A stretch of DNA of 57,379 nucleotides, the filler included, from Sphacelaria rigidula (taxonomy: Eukaryota), in NCBI GenBank assembly GCA_964200075.2. It is 3 parts of 3 records of this genome, joined end to end, with 100 filler letters (N's around TTAATTAATTAA, not from the genome) between each part and the next. Parts side by side here need not be neighbours in the genome. Positions count along the whole stretch, not along the records: positions 1 to 19,063 come from CAXNAA020000739.1; 2 more parts are not named here. One strand, 5' to 3'. The notes beneath the pieces were generated by a model, which was not told the origin of the DNA, ran no database searches, and worked only from the letters and a program-made list of their open reading frames with translations. A program made the position numbers and the translations under genes. Shown here piece after piece: positions 1-15,000 of the stretch; positions within the stretch are counted from its first letter, which is position 1; every line of letters starts with the position of its first letter.

Positions 1-70
1 CCCCCCCCCCCGACATCGACCTTCCGGTCTCTCCCTCATGTCGATCAGCTTACAACGTGGAATCTCACAG

Positions 71-3000
71 ATTGCGGTATCGGCGACAAGGCACTGGTAG
101 CGCTCCTGCCTGGGTGGTGGCGAATCTCCACGTTCATCGCGCCTGTCCAGGAGCTTCGTCTAAACGGGAACAGGTTGACTTCAGTGGGCCTATCTTCGCT
201 CTTCAACATGCTGACGGGTGAGGGTGGGGTATACCTGTCGAAGGTGGTTACGTTGTGCGTCTGTCTCGAGCTCCGCGGGTGTAAGCAAAGCCTTAGAATT
301 GCTTGTAAGGCATCATATTCACATCGTACCTAGGCACTCAATATTTAAAGTGCTCACCACTGACGGAGCAGGTGTGTATTTCACTTTTCTCACCGCCGCG
401 ACAATCTAAGCGCACGGTGAGAGTAAATATTCCGATCTCCGCGGTAACCCGCCGTCTCCTCCCGGGATTATACCCCTCATTTGCTCGGGTGCGTGTACTT
501 GACGATTTGCTCGGGTGTGCGTATCTGAAATATTTCACGGAACCGACCTCGAAAACGATTGAAACGACGGGACTGATATCCATTCCTGCGTTCCGAAGGT
601 AGGCGACGGACGACAAGGTTTGCGCGCCAACAAGACGAACCAACCACGAACACATGCAAACATCTGTGCGTGTTCATGAAAATAGTGTGCAGTGCCCTCG
701 ACCCCCGAAGCTCTTCCCCGATTTCGGGCGTTTTTTCACACTCGCGGGATGAAAATTTAAAATGTATGCTCTGTGAGTTTTGACATGCGTACGCGGCGAT
801 TCGGTAATCGTGCACTCGTTTTCAACATGTTCTCATGCTCGTCCAACCTTGTGAGTGGTTGCCTGGGGGTTAAGATAGACGCCGACACATCAGTTTGAAA
901 CACCTCGAAACACCGGAAGCAACTTGATTTTCTACTTTTTCGAACGAATGCGATCCAACATAACATACTTGCTATCGAAACACGGCCTATCTCATGCAAA
1001 TTTATCTCATTATGTCTCAAAGGTTTCTAACTGCACGACTGTATTGGCCATCTGTGATGAACTTGTCGACTTGCAATCTCGTTTTTGCGCGAGTACTCTA
1101 TAGTAGAGACTGCTCGAGTATTGCACTTCCGAGTCGCGTGTTACTCTGGTGCAGTGTTCGTCCCGTTCGCTGTAGCTATCTTGTCGATATTTGCTATGAA
1201 GGACGTCAAGGCGGGGTCAAGAGGGCAATGGCAATAGCACCGTTGTAGTGGTTTGAGATATGTATGTCTTCCCTCATTTTACGTTCGCCGTTTGGGGCAG
1301 GTTTGTACTGCTGACCGCTCAGCGTGACTTTATCTAGTCGTTACGCTTAGGAACACCTTTCTGCATAGCATCGCTAGACTATGTGCAATTCCAAATTCTT
1401 ATTATGATAGTCAACGTTAAACCGACCAGTTCATCTAGGTCGCGGCAGTGATTAGTAGTAAGTAGGAGCAGTGGGTGACTCGCGCGACATCAAGGCCCAC
1501 TCTACAAAGCTGTGTGAAAGACGATGTTGAGTGAAAATGGGATCAAACCCCAAGAGGTGCAAGAAAATAGATGAAGAAAAAGCGTGATACACTCAAGAGT
1601 GCACTGTTTTTGGCACCAAAACGCCCGATTTCTCCCCAAATGCTTACATCTATGTAAAAACCCGAGCTGGGCAAACGTTCGCACAAACCAATTGATTCAT
1701 TGTAGAGTCGTGAAACTGGAGAAATCCCGAAATCATCGATGGAATGGACGAATCGTTTGGCGAAAACGATAGGGATCTGCTGTTTTTTCAGCACAATATA
1801 GAGATCCATGCAACATAACACAGCTCGAGCTACTGGTAGGGATGAACCCGGTGTGTCTGAAACGTCCGCGAAGAAGTCCGAAGTTCTGGCGATGTCTACC
1901 TACTCGCCATGGTTTGGAGCGCTTTTAACCCTCAATACTTCGACTCATGCAACAAGTAAGTGGCGGACGTTAACCGTAGGAAGTCGCCCGATGCGCATCC
2001 AAAATCGACTTGAAACAATCATGTCCCTGCGTGGAGGTATATCTTTTTGCCCACTATCTGATTGTCTGAGACAGATTTCAAGGACTTATTTTACGTTTTT
2101 TTCAATATCTCAAGGCCGAGTTGAACGTTTTCCGTTCTTTTTTCGCAAGCGGTGGAGTGTATGAAGTGTTGTATATCCGTACCTGCAATTAAAAAAAGCA
2201 ACAGCTACTACTCCCGAGCTGCGCCAAAATACGACCGACAGTTCACCACGTTGCTGTTGCAGCAGGCAATGTCGACATTGTTCAATATAAACTCCCATAT
2301 CTCGCGAATGGTAACAACGTTTCGAAAACTTCAGTAGACATTCAGCTTTTGTGTGTTGTTCCAAGATTTCCACAGAAGAACTGATGCTGCGGTCTGGCTG
2401 CACAGCTCCGGTTCCAAAATAGTTTACAGATACCGACGCCCTGTTATTGGGTGCTCTTCTAGATTCATCCCTACGCGCTGAGGTTGCACAAGACCTACAA
2501 AGCCGGGCACCTGTAATCCTAAACGTTCCGATGATTAACCATGTCGCAATAATCAATAGTAAGCATATCACGTCACGCTTCCAAACGAATCGCCCGCGTT
2601 TTCAAATTCCGGCGAAGAAACAGAATTTCAAAAACCATCAAAGCAAGCGTTTTTTCAACTTTATGTTCCATACACTTGATACCAATCATCAGGTGGGTGT
2701 ATCTGTGTAAATTCAAGCATGCTTCAAGTTTGCGCCGATTGCTGGACCGCCGGGCGTGCTGTGCCGAATCACTTTGTCATTCTTCGAGTCAATCGATTTT
2801 GTCTCCTCACAATGCTGTGTCCGACTGCCCTCTTTCAAAGACACTTGAATTTCGTACACATGCCATGTGTGCCTCACTCACGGCACACCAACATGCTATG
2901 TATTCGATTCCTCATGCGTGCCGCATACCAACATACTATGTATTCGATTTCTCATGCGTGTCGCAGCCTGAAGCCTCCTCATTTCTCGGGACGAATCTTT

Positions 3001-6000
3001 GTTCGGGAACGTACCTTGTATTTTGTTGATCAGTAGTCCCGCAGCCCACTGTTTTTCGTCGGAGTGTTTCGCCAACTGTCACTCGCACGCCGATTTTCAT
3101 GTTATCGTCATACTCTTACCCGCTCCGATTCCCCGGGATGAGTCCGTAGTCTCAAGGTATCAGCTCATTTCTTCCCCGGTACACATCTGAACCCATATCC
3201 ACCGTGGTACGAACCAGTAGTCTTCCGCTCGAATTAGCGGCCGTTATACCGGGTAAACCACGGGGGCGCGGTAGTAGAACTCAACATCCCCCCCCCCTCC
3301 CCTTAGGGCCTCCTCGGCATTATTAGTTGGTCAGAAGAGGTTTATAGACGTAATCGTTTTCGCCGGCCAGCGATGTATATGTGTGCACCTCTTTCTTTAT
3401 ATTTATAGTCTTCTTACATGTGTTGTGTCCCCAAGCCAATAATCTCCGCAGAGATTTCTGCGTGAGTTTGTGAGCTCTTCTTGGTCCCCCATCGGTCTTC
3501 CGGTCCCCCACCAACTTTACGGCGCTCAAGTTCTCGTTTAGTTTTTGTCGCTTTGATTGGGGTCGGGATTCGCACACGTGAACATCCTGTTCAGGAAACA
3601 CGCAGAATAATTTTATGGTGTACGTAGCAAATGTGGAAAAAATGAAGAGCCCTCTTTGTACGAGGGGAACCGAAACAGATGCGCTACTGTCGGGATTTGA
3701 ACTCACAATGTTCGGTCAAATTATACATGATAGATTATACCTTGACCTCCGGTACGCGGGGGTACATTTTACTATGTGGAATCTTCGGTTTGGGGCTCTT
3801 AGATTCCTCTTCAGATCACGTGGTGATCGTCCTCGCAAGTTTAGTGGCCACTTGACTTTGGTGGCAGTCGAGTGCAGTGCACACGCGGCCATTCGGCTAC
3901 ATCACAAGATGCCTCCGGAGGGATGCGCGGCCCTCCAGGGCGAAAACAAGCCTCCGGAGGCCTTCCATCCCTCTGCAGGAAACCAAACTCTACCGACCCG
4001 GAGAGCCGCACATCCCTCCGGAGGAATTTGGGGGTATGCGCGGCCCTCCGGAGGCAAGAACAAGCCTCCGGAGGCGTTCAATCCCTCTGGAGGAAACCAA
4101 AACGTCTCCTCTGGAGGGCCGCGCACAAACTCCGGTGGTGTTTAATTCCTCTGGAGGCTCGAAAAGTGTACCCACCTGGAGGAATTTTGGAGGTAGCCAA
4201 ATGGCCGCGTGTGTGTATTTTGGTCCGCCGGTAGTTGTGTGCCCATCGCAGGATCACGGGTGTTGATAGACCACAATTGAGTGTGCCTGGCCTCGTCTGT
4301 CATGTGTTGTTTATTGTTTGTTGATGATCGTTCTTCACGCGCTCTTGACAGAGTCGATCCCCCCCACCCCTCCCCAATGTGGTAAACGACTCTCGCGCTG
4401 TGTGTCGTTGTCTGGAGGAAAGGAACGAATTTTACGTTTGTGCCTCCGCCGGGCTCGCTACTACCCCCGGGACCGCTCCCCGCTCCAAGCCTCTCGTTCC
4501 TAACATGTTTGGAGCTGGCGGGCAGCGATTTATCTGGCGGGGGCTATGGTGGTCTGGCCGCCGTTGTTGCGAGGTATGTAGTAGGCATTTGCTTGGAGTA
4601 CTCTTCGTCTTGTTTTCGGGAATTCACTAAGCTGACACAAATGTGTTTATTACGAGGCGCTATTGTGGGTATTTTAGTCCTAAATAGCACCTCTTGCTTC
4701 GCATCTCTTCGTCAATTTCACCTCGGTCCAGTTTATGCTCGTTTCGAGAATAGTGGTCACAAAGGTATATCAGTAGTGATTGGTGGCTTTCCAGCTCTTG
4801 GCTGCACCCTTTGCTTTCTCAAACTGTGGCAAATAGTAAGTGTGTACTGAGCTATGACAAAGCGAACCGTGATCGTGGAAACTGTCCGGTCTTGAGGCAT
4901 GTATAAATAGGCACACGAGTTCATAATGCACCCAGTATAGCTTTCCGTAGCAACGTGGGCATTCTGCAGAGCTGTCCCAGTCAAAATGGTATAGATCAGC
5001 ACGCTCGACATTCTGCTTGGGGCTAGTATGTTCGGAATACAGTCATGTAAGTTCGAGATTCTGAAACAACGGTTCTATCCTTCAAACGCTCATGAGGCTT
5101 GCACACCGCAAATTTCGTCAACTTATGTGGGTCGAAAAAACGCTCAGAAGTTCCATCAACACATTACTGTTTGTCAGTCGGCTTCTTTGAAATCCCTCCG
5201 TTCGGAACGAAGCTCCTAAGAAGTACACCATTCAACAGTTCAAGACGCCCACATTTTCTGTTCGGCCGAGCCTCGACAAACGACGGTAGTACACCGTGTG
5301 TACATATCTTTCCCTATCGTTCCCTTCCCGACTGTGTGCCATCCCGTTTCATCCCGTTCCGTCTTCTTTTCAAGATGCCCGTTCCTAAGGCACCTTGACA
5401 TTTCCAATCCGAACCCAAGCGGAGGCATCGCAAACATCGCGTTTGGGGCGGAGGACGCCGTCATATTGTTCGACGCCTTGATCAACAGCCTGTGCCCATT
5501 GGAAGAGTTTGACATGAGTGGACTCTGGTAAGAGTTTGGCATGGGTCGACAGTGATAAAAAGTTGACATGAGAGGACTGTGGTGAGGAACGAGCCATGTT
5601 GATGGGCAGCTTGGGGATTAATGCGAAAGCCGATGTAGCACGACATTACAACGTTGACAGTTGCCTCGCCAGAACTCGCAACGATCATTTTCGCCGCAAT
5701 TACGGCATGGTGTTTTGTTCAGCTGTTGTGCATTCGCCATTTCGTTGGGCAGACGTTCCAACGGCGTTTTAGGGCCTCCTGGTAGACCCGTTCAAATTTT
5801 CGATAGAAGTACAAGTTGACGACTTCGACCACACGAATGGATAACTACGTTGATGGAAGAGTAGGCTACGGCGGCAACAACGAGTCTCGAGACTGTGAAG
5901 TATTTTCCCGGGATGAAACCTCAGAGCCTTGTTGGCTCTCTAATAAAGAGGCGATCATCTCTCAACAGTCAAACCGTTTTTCCGTCTCCAAGAAAATGGG

Positions 6001-9000
6001 CAGCATGGAGAGTATGCATACTCCCGTTAATGTGTCGGCAGACCCCAAACGGCGAACTAAACGTTACGTACACGGCCCTCGGGATCCATTTTTGACATCA
6101 TCCAGCAACAATCGCCGTTTTGACCTCCTTATTGTACAGGTTGACATGCAAACCTTGACCTTTTTCTCTTTCTTCACGCGATAAAACAAACACAGGTCAC
6201 GACATGTCGCACAGATCCCTGAGCAGGTTCCCTCTTGCCCCAGTCTCACAGCTCTCATCTCTCGAAAACCGACCATGTCCAAGTTGCTGATGGGCGAGAG
6301 AAATGTCGTTGATTGTTTCAGCCCTCACCGGAGCCATACGCTCGACAGTGCCGTTACTGTCAACGGTGTTCTCTTGTGCGGAGGCCTGGAATACGACCGC
6401 AAGATACAAGCAGGTGATAATCACGACCAATGTTGAAAAAATGGTTGTGTTCCGTATCTGATCCGGTGCGTCACACCAAATGCTATGTTGCTGTGCTTTT
6501 ATTCCTGCATGACACGTCGTACACGAGGGTACAGATATACGCATAGTATCACAAAATTGTAATTCGAGACCGCGAGCAATTATGCTTCGTTATTGAGGCA
6601 TCATCCAGTATCACAAGTAAGACTGATCAGTAGTTTTGAATATGCATACGTAACTCCCTATAATGGGGTATTCGATAGAGTGAGTGTACTGCACTCTATT
6701 CCGAGCAACGCATATGAAAAGTGTTCTGAGTAGAGTAAGCGAAGCCAAGATAGTGCAACATGAACTTTGTTTCGCACGTTACGATTGTACGATACTACCA
6801 CTACATATATATATATATATATATATTCCTCAGAGAAGACCAAAGCTGCCGATATCGCACAAAATACAATCGTAGTATACTAGGTGAGTCAAAGGCCCAG
6901 TTCAAATAAATCCCGAACGTGTGCTATCACGAGTAGGCGAAGCGCGATGGGATGGGTGGCGCTTTGGTAACAAACCGTAGTATACTAGGGGAGTCAAAGG
7001 TCCAGCTAAAATAAATTCTGAACGTGTGCTATCATGAAAATGCATCTCGTGTCATCGTCAAAGTCTCTGCCTCAATATTGACCCGAGCCACCGTGGTTTC
7101 ACAACCTCTGTGCCTCATTTCCCTTTTCCCCGTCCCGCTGTCAATCTTTCGACCGTGAGTAGAGATTATAGTTTGGTCCACTGTGTGTTAGCTGCAGGTA
7201 TCAGTCGAGATTTTTCTTGTCGGCAAAAGTGCCGTGTTGTGCAAGTCTGCATTAACTTAGGCAGGGCACAATGAAAACCTTCGCCCGTTCCGGCGCATGG
7301 TCTCATGTCAGATGCATTGTTCGTTGTACAGTGATCCTGAACGGGGTATACCACTCCTCCCTCTCGAGGTTCGGAATGTCTTACACCCCAGGCAATAATG
7401 GATTATAGCGTCGACTATTGAGTCTGCTGAAATGGGCACTGGGTTCCATATTGTACGCAGTACATTTCTTTGGTAATGTAATCAGTTGTCCAGGGTGTGG
7501 GATATCTATAACGTGGAGTATGATGCACAAAAAACGACTTGCTCGCCTTTTGCATGGAGATCGACCCATGTATTCAGAAAAATGTCTTCAGAGTGCCTAT
7601 ACACATCCAAACACTTCCGCTCTGCCAAGCCCTGACAATCGAAAACGAATGCTACACACGGGCAAGTCGCACATTATGTCGATTACTCGCAGTAATGCCC
7701 CGCTCGTTTCCCCCGTCCGACGCCATTAAACGTTCGGTGTGACTCCCCAACCCTCGACGCACGTTTGTTCGGTACCCGCAATATCCGCTCAGTGGACTTG
7801 TCGTTCGCTCACCTGTCCTTGTGGCCACAGGAAGCACCAGGTGGCACCCTACCGGGAAAGCTGGTGATACACAAATCATTCGTGTTTTTCGGATGGTACC
7901 ATGGTAAGTGATAGTATTCGTGCCGACTGTGTCGAAGCATGTGACATCGTAGAAGCATGTCGGGTTCAAGGTTAGCACAGACATGGTATAAGGGCTAGGG
8001 TTACGTGGAAATTGGGTAGAGGTAGGGAAAACACTTTGTCTCCTCTAGAGAAAAACATGCAGGAGCTGGCACTCCAATACTTTGATATTTGCTGGCTTCC
8101 TTCGCGATTTATAGAGCTGACGATGCCGCACGAGTTGTTTAAGAAGAGCCGCATCCCGAGTGTTTTCGAGACACGTTGCCCCCAGCCACATATTGATAAC
8201 TTTTTCATTCATGTGAAATGTTGTTTTTGAGTGAAATCATCGTACGTGTTGATGTTGGTCAACGCACCCTCATTCTTCCTCCAATGCTCCGTTTTCTTGG
8301 GCATCTCCCCCACCCCCCCCCCCCTCAATCTTGCCCCCTATCATGTTTGTGTACCCGTGGTACATGCGGATACCCCTGCCATACATTCCCTCTCGCGCAG
8401 GTCTTACTTCAGTGGCAACGAGTCCCACTTGCGGGCTTTGTAGTCTCGACATCAGCCTCAGGTAAGGCCATGAGTAGTGTATCCGACAGTTCGTCCTTTG
8501 CACCGGGAAGCATCGGCGGTACGATGTAGGTGTCACACAGCGACATCACAACACATGTTCGTCCTCACCCAACACCATCCTATCAGCGCGACCTCAGTCT
8601 ACTACTCACGACGTTGTACAAGTAATGGTAGAAAGAGCTGCCCGTCACCGGATGCTATATACCAAGTCCGTAGGTTCAGCATCATCCACTCATCATATTG
8701 TGACAGGGTTTCGTATAGACATTGATGTGGAGACATCTCTGTAGCCACGGCGTTTAGTCGACATGGTGTTTGATCAAGGAGGAAGCATCCGACCGGGCCG
8801 TTGATTAGATGGGCATCTGCCGGTTGGTTAGATGATCAACACTATGTGCAACTCACGGAAGAGTTTAAAAACGCACCTGCTGTATCCCAAAATGGAGGTG
8901 GCACCTTCAAATAACATTTATCGATACCCCCGTTTTGGACGCAAGGCCATTGGTCAAAACAATACAAGTCGTTGACACTCCCACAGGGAGTTCATGTTGA

Positions 9001-12000
9001 AGTGCCATAACTGTACGTGACCGTCAGCGCTTCCTGTTGAGCGCAGTGATTGTTGATACACCTAAACAGTAATTTGTCCCGGTATTCGACCAAGTTGCTG
9101 AGCCAAAAAATCGAGTGCCCCCCTTCGCCCCAAGCTTGTTATCCCTCTGAACACCGCTGCTGCTACATATAGTTTATTGTGCTTGTTCCAGGTTGCTGTG
9201 GTGTGCTCTCCTATATTTCTCTTAATCGCAGAGACATTGGCCTAGCACGGTCAAAGGGACCCTCAAACCCCAGGACTAGCTTTTACTGGGGTGTCAAAAC
9301 ATAGCTGTTATCGTGACATCTCAAGGTCAAAGAGGGGTTTCGTGTTTTTTGGGGGAACGGGTGGGTTGGGCGGCTAATGTGAAGCACAATACTGAATTCA
9401 AATATTTACGGAAACCTTCAGAGCAGGTATTGAGGAGGGTATACTTTCCGACCTCCGTTGTGCAGCAGTTCAGTGTCCATCCCATTCCCGGGGAACGACT
9501 CCGTGCTCAAAGGATTAAGAATAACGTTTGCATATTTTTTGTCGGGATCGGACGCCGGGTTGGTGCGTAGCATTGTGGCGTCCCTGCTGGTTATAAACGT
9601 ATCAAAGTGGTCTGAGGGGATCAACAGCAGCAAGTTTGGGCGGGAGGTCACGGGTTCGAATCCCGATGAAGACGGTCTTTTTGAGCAAAGCCTGATTTCC
9701 GTCGGTGACGACGTGATGGTGTGATCAGCGCGGTGCGGGAGTGATTATCCAATTTTCGCGATGCTCAAACCTCAGGCTCATACCGGGAAAGAGATGGGTT
9801 TATTTCTGGAAGCAAAGGACTCGTTCTTTGTGATGGGAGCGCTTAGAAGTTTGATGAAGAAGATCAGGAGAATCTCGACGCCTCTTGATTGGTGGTTTGT
9901 AATACAGAACGTACAGGGGTACATTATGGCTAACTGGTGAGAATGTGGTACCGAAGCTGCACTCATTACCGAATATCGATATGACAGCACTTTGTCAATG
10001 TCTAACCGTCGGGAGCAGGATTATTCTTATTCACCCGGGTCGCTATCTTTGGCAGCTACATCTTCGCTCATGTCCTCAGTCCCGAGTAGTGATCTGGTTG
10101 AATTTGCTGGACATAGCAGTGGCGACGTGAGTCATACAGGAGGAAGGTGTTGTTCGGTTCATAGCTGGGCTATCGATTTTGGAGGGTGTTCGCACAATGT
10201 AGTACGGTCGTCCTTCACACAGCATAAAGTTGCGACTCTGGGTTACAGTTCAATTCCATGCCGCATCCCGACTCCGTCATTATCTGGCAAGCCGCAACCT
10301 GAGGTTAGCTTGTTTCCCTCATTAGTAACCGAATTCTGCACGGTTTGTGGTTCTACTGAGAGTGTACACGCAACACCCATCCGAGCTCTTTGTCCCTCCA
10401 AAATGAACCCCCCCCCCCCCCCAAAATTAACTTAACAGAAAAAGACGGTGGCATGAAATTGTCCGATGCATTAGACGGTAGCGAGAGAACGATGGCTGTA
10501 CTAGGAGATAGATGGTGGCCATGAGCGGTGAAACAGGATGGGTATAAAAAATGTCAAGTGCTCCTATGTGATGATTAGAAGAAACGTAATGAGCGCCCAA
10601 ACGTCGGATGCGTCTTTATTAGGGGTGGGAACGGTGCCCCGTCTCCCAAGGGATGCGTGGTCAATGGTCAAATGACTCAAGCAAGCAACAAATGAGTACG
10701 CCCCCCTCCCCCCCATTTTTTGTCAGCTTGGTCCGGCGAGAATCCGGCATACTCCGTCCCGGCTCTGTAGGGGCGGACCCCCGATGGGGTTGGCGTCGAT
10801 TAGCGATGGCGCTATAAAACACGCCACTCACTGCGTAAGCTAGGCAACCAGGTTACCGATTTGTTTGCGCGCTTGTGTTCTTTTTTGCGGTAACCATGAT
10901 GGTGGTCGAGGTAGATCATACTGTGCGGAGTGGGAGAACCTCAACCCCGCACAATGGGAATGATTGCACTGCGCATATACGCATGCATTATCATGAGTAC
11001 CCCCCCCACCCCACCCCACCTCACCTCATCCCCCATCGATTCTCCCCGGCGATCTGATGTCGTCTTGGACAAGTCGTCTTGGACAAGATGGAAAGTCGCC
11101 AATGCTCCCCAACGCGTCACTATCTCTCGCACAAAACCTCACTGCAAGAGATAAGTCGTCGTCCAACACTTTACTCCCGCGTCTTCAACTCTTCTCTCCA
11201 GTTTCGCAGGATTGCAGCCGCAAGAAAAACAGATACTCGCGTGTGCACTCGCCACGGTGGTTGCGACCACACCTTTGCAGTCGCTTTTCATGGCGGGAGA
11301 TAGCAGTAGCCAGGGTGTCAACTTCATGGGGGCGGCCCTGGTCCCCTTGCTCGAGGTTTGCCATTAGTTCGAGATAGTTATAGAAAGTTCCTTTCAGCCA
11401 AGGGGAATCGTGATTTGTTTTATAGTACCTATGAGTTTCCTCGTATTCCGGGGAGGGGGGGAGGGGGGGGGGAGATGAGACGTCTGGGCTATGACTCATC
11501 AGTGTCTACGATGTGACTCCGTGGTCCACCTGGAGTGAGCATAACGCTGCCATGATTCCCTCTTTCCCGTGTTGCAGCTTCCTCGTGGAAGAACCGAAAC
11601 TATATAGAACAGAGTTCCGATGCACGCAAAACCCAAAACGCGACACAGTTTTACAGTTGGACATTGGGTTACGTACCATTTTGCACACTGTTTTCAATCA
11701 CGTACGCTGGAAATTACGAAAGCAGTATCGCCTACACATCGTCATACAAGGTTTCCAGGGGTCATGCTGCTACCGACATCGACTCGACTCACAATGATAG
11801 AAAAGTGAGCAGCAGTTTGTCAAAGCCCCGTAAGAGTCGAGAGTCTTGCTCTGCATGAACTAAATAGATGTGATCCCGACGCCGAACCTAGATCGCCATC
11901 ATCGAATTTATTCACAGATGACGTAACACGTGCTCTCTTTATGGCTACTTTTTCTTCGTTTCCTCCCTCATCCATGGTATTCGGCTATAAAACGCCGGCG

Positions 12001-15000
12001 GGATTTCTCCCTATACCCCATCACTTCGACTTGTATACACGCTCTGGAACCTCAAGTAAAACATTTGTAGCTCTATGGCAAAACGAAAATACCCTTGTGT
12101 TGTTCAGCGCTTCATGATATCTGTATACGGTAGCTAGCCCCCGCGATATCGACATGTGCGAGCAAAAAATCACCTCGATCCGCCTCTGTGTTGGCCAAAC
12201 GTTTATGATCATCGCACAAGGCAGCTGTCGTGATGTCGAAATATTAAAACTCACACATTCCCACTCTTGCTCCGCCCGCACCCCACCCCCACACGCCCCG
12301 GACGCACTTGCAACGACATAGGCAGTTGGATACAGCAGAACGTTGCTAGAGATGGACATCTCAGGAAACTGCATGGGTGACGCGGGTGGAATTGCGCTGG
12401 GTCAGGCGCTTCGAATCAATCGATCGGTCCATAGCCTCCGCTATGACCAGAGCATGCTCACCAAAGTCGGCTTTCAAGCGATCCGGGGCTGCTTGTACGG
12501 CAACAAGAAGTTGGTGGACGTCTCGTATCCAAGGTTCGACCTCGAGGTGCCAAATACTCAGATTGTAAATTGTACATAGACGAGAGAGCGCCGGCGAAGA
12601 TGGCAACCTTTTTCCCCTTAGAGAAGATTCAAACCAATCTAGGACTCTTATAACGCGTTCCCGTCCGAGAGCGATCAAAACAGAAGTGGTGAGAAAAATG
12701 ATCGCACCGAGCACGAAGCCCTCGAAGGGGCGATCATAAAGCCATCCTTTTGGACATAGTCGCACTTCGTCATAGTCGTATCGTGCACTTTCCCGCGTTT
12801 CTTCGTCACTTCGTCGTTCGTGAAACGTTCCTTTTGCTGCACGTGTCTGGCTCCGTTTCCGGAGCATGTAGTTGAAATATCGCCGGAATGACTGTCAGAA
12901 GCGTACTGCTAGCATCCTGAATCCCCAGCCCATAAGTGTAACCGCACTTCCCGGGATCCTTGTCGAACTTGATAACCAGATGCGGACGGACTTCCTGCAG
13001 AAGGAGGTAGCCGCTGGCCAGAAGCGAATGTTCGAGATAAAGCGTCAAATATCAGCAGCGTACAAGGCGCGCAACCAAGCATTGTTTCAGCAGGCGAGAG
13101 CTATCTCAGTGGGGCGTGGTTTTGACTTCGTGACTGCGGGTTTATTCCGTGCGCTCGATACACATTCAACCCCTTCTGAACATCACGTTCCATACGCCTT
13201 AGTCAGCCTCTGAAGAACGCACAATTGTCAGTTTGTCTATAGCCACACGCCCTATCCATCTTTAAAACGTCTAGGTTAACAAGTGTTTGTATTTCACGCT
13301 CGGTTTCAAATTTATGTGTGAGACGCTGATAGATGAGGGAGAAGCATGGTCCATACAAAGACGAAGGACCCAACCGTACCTTCTCCCCACCCATGTGCAT
13401 TGGTCTAATGATACGTGATGCTAGACGGCGATGGGTCCACGAAACGGTCTCTTACTCTGGAAAATGACCGTCTTTGCATTGCCCTCCAAGTGTTGTAGGG
13501 GTAAATCACTTACTTCACGGTGAAAATGCGTATTGCGTTTGACTTTAAAGAGTGGCGGCCCGTTCAGAACGTTTCTATACGTTTCCAACAAAAGCTCAAG
13601 GGATTTATCAAGATGCCATCTCTCGGTAACATATTTACTGTGTAAAGTGGCGCAATCCCCTACCGGCGCAGCCGCAGTTGCCTGCTGGTAATGAGCCCTT
13701 GTTGTTAATGCTATGAGGTACAGGATTGCGGCCCGTGTAGACTGACGGTGGAGATTTCCCAAGAGGTTCTCGAAGCCAGATGAGAATCGCTTGCCGTATG
13801 ACTGGCAATTCTAATGCGGTTGAACCTTAAATGAATAGTGTCCATTTGTTTTGGTTATCGTGTTCATCTTCTTTCTCTATATAGTGTCCATTTCGTTTCC
13901 ATGCATGTTCAAGATGGAGATTGCACAATCTCACAGAAAATCCGCGAAGTGAGTGCGAACAACGGAGCTTGGAAGGCGCTCGAGAGGGAGATCGCGAGCA
14001 CGTCTAAGATTGTTTCCGAAATCACGCAAGCTGTCGATCGAAACCGAGCCTTGAAGACAGAAAAGGACGCGGGGAAACATGTGAGAAATCGTGCAAGAGT
14101 AACGACAAACCTCGTGCAGCGCTAGCTTTAACAACGAAACGATGCAGTTCTAATATGCCTCACATAATGAGAATTACATTTCGCCCTGGAGTTTGAGTTT
14201 AGCCAGGTTTCTGCGAAGGTTCCACCACCAAAACATTCCACAAGACAAAGCACACTTGGCCGAGCACCGTGAGGGCATTGGTCGCCTTCAAGCTACCTGC
14301 ATATGGCAACGTTCACGAAATCACCGCTGATAAAAAAAAATGTTCTTCGGAATTCGCAGGTAGAGAAGATGGAACGACAGCAGGAGGCATTCCAGCAGCG
14401 ATACGCTAATAAAATGGCCAAAATTCTGACAAAGCTGTCGAAGGAGACAGAAAAGGCTAGGGTAGCGGCGGCCTCCCAGAAATCCGCTGCCTACAAGGTG
14501 CTTCCGAGATAACATGCTGCGTACCACTCGTGCGACCAGTAGGTCGACATCTGATTATTCGTGCGTTTCACGCAGGGGAAACGGCAAAGTAATATTACTA
14601 CACCGCAGACCAGAGAGTAATCCATGATGTGCAATGTACAGACACCACCGGTAAGTGCGATTGGATGTGTAGATACGCAGATATACCATGCGTATTGAAG
14701 ACTTGCTATATTGCGTCAGTCGTAATGTAAATGCTGCCGTACTCGACAGAATTTTTTGTTGTACTGTTACACTGCATGAGTCAGGCGTTAACTTCCTCGG
14801 AACGGTTTGCATTATCTACTGCGTGTATACATACGACCCTGTGTTGATCAGTTGCCTACATACATCAGAACTGAGTTGTAAGATGCAAGTAACAAGATGT
14901 TCGTGAGATTAGGAACGGATTGGGTTTTCGAAACGGGAGATTTTTCGTGATTTACACGAAGACGGTAGAATCATCCGACACGTCCTTCACTCTCCTGAAA

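Noticed and set aside
3615-4266. Overlapping ORFs of 120-176 aa
   Set aside because: They arise from the GC-rich internal repeats of the TIR element.
9590-9680. Functional tRNA gene
   Set aside because: The B-box is perfect but no cloverleaf can be drawn; kept only as a tRNA-like fragment.
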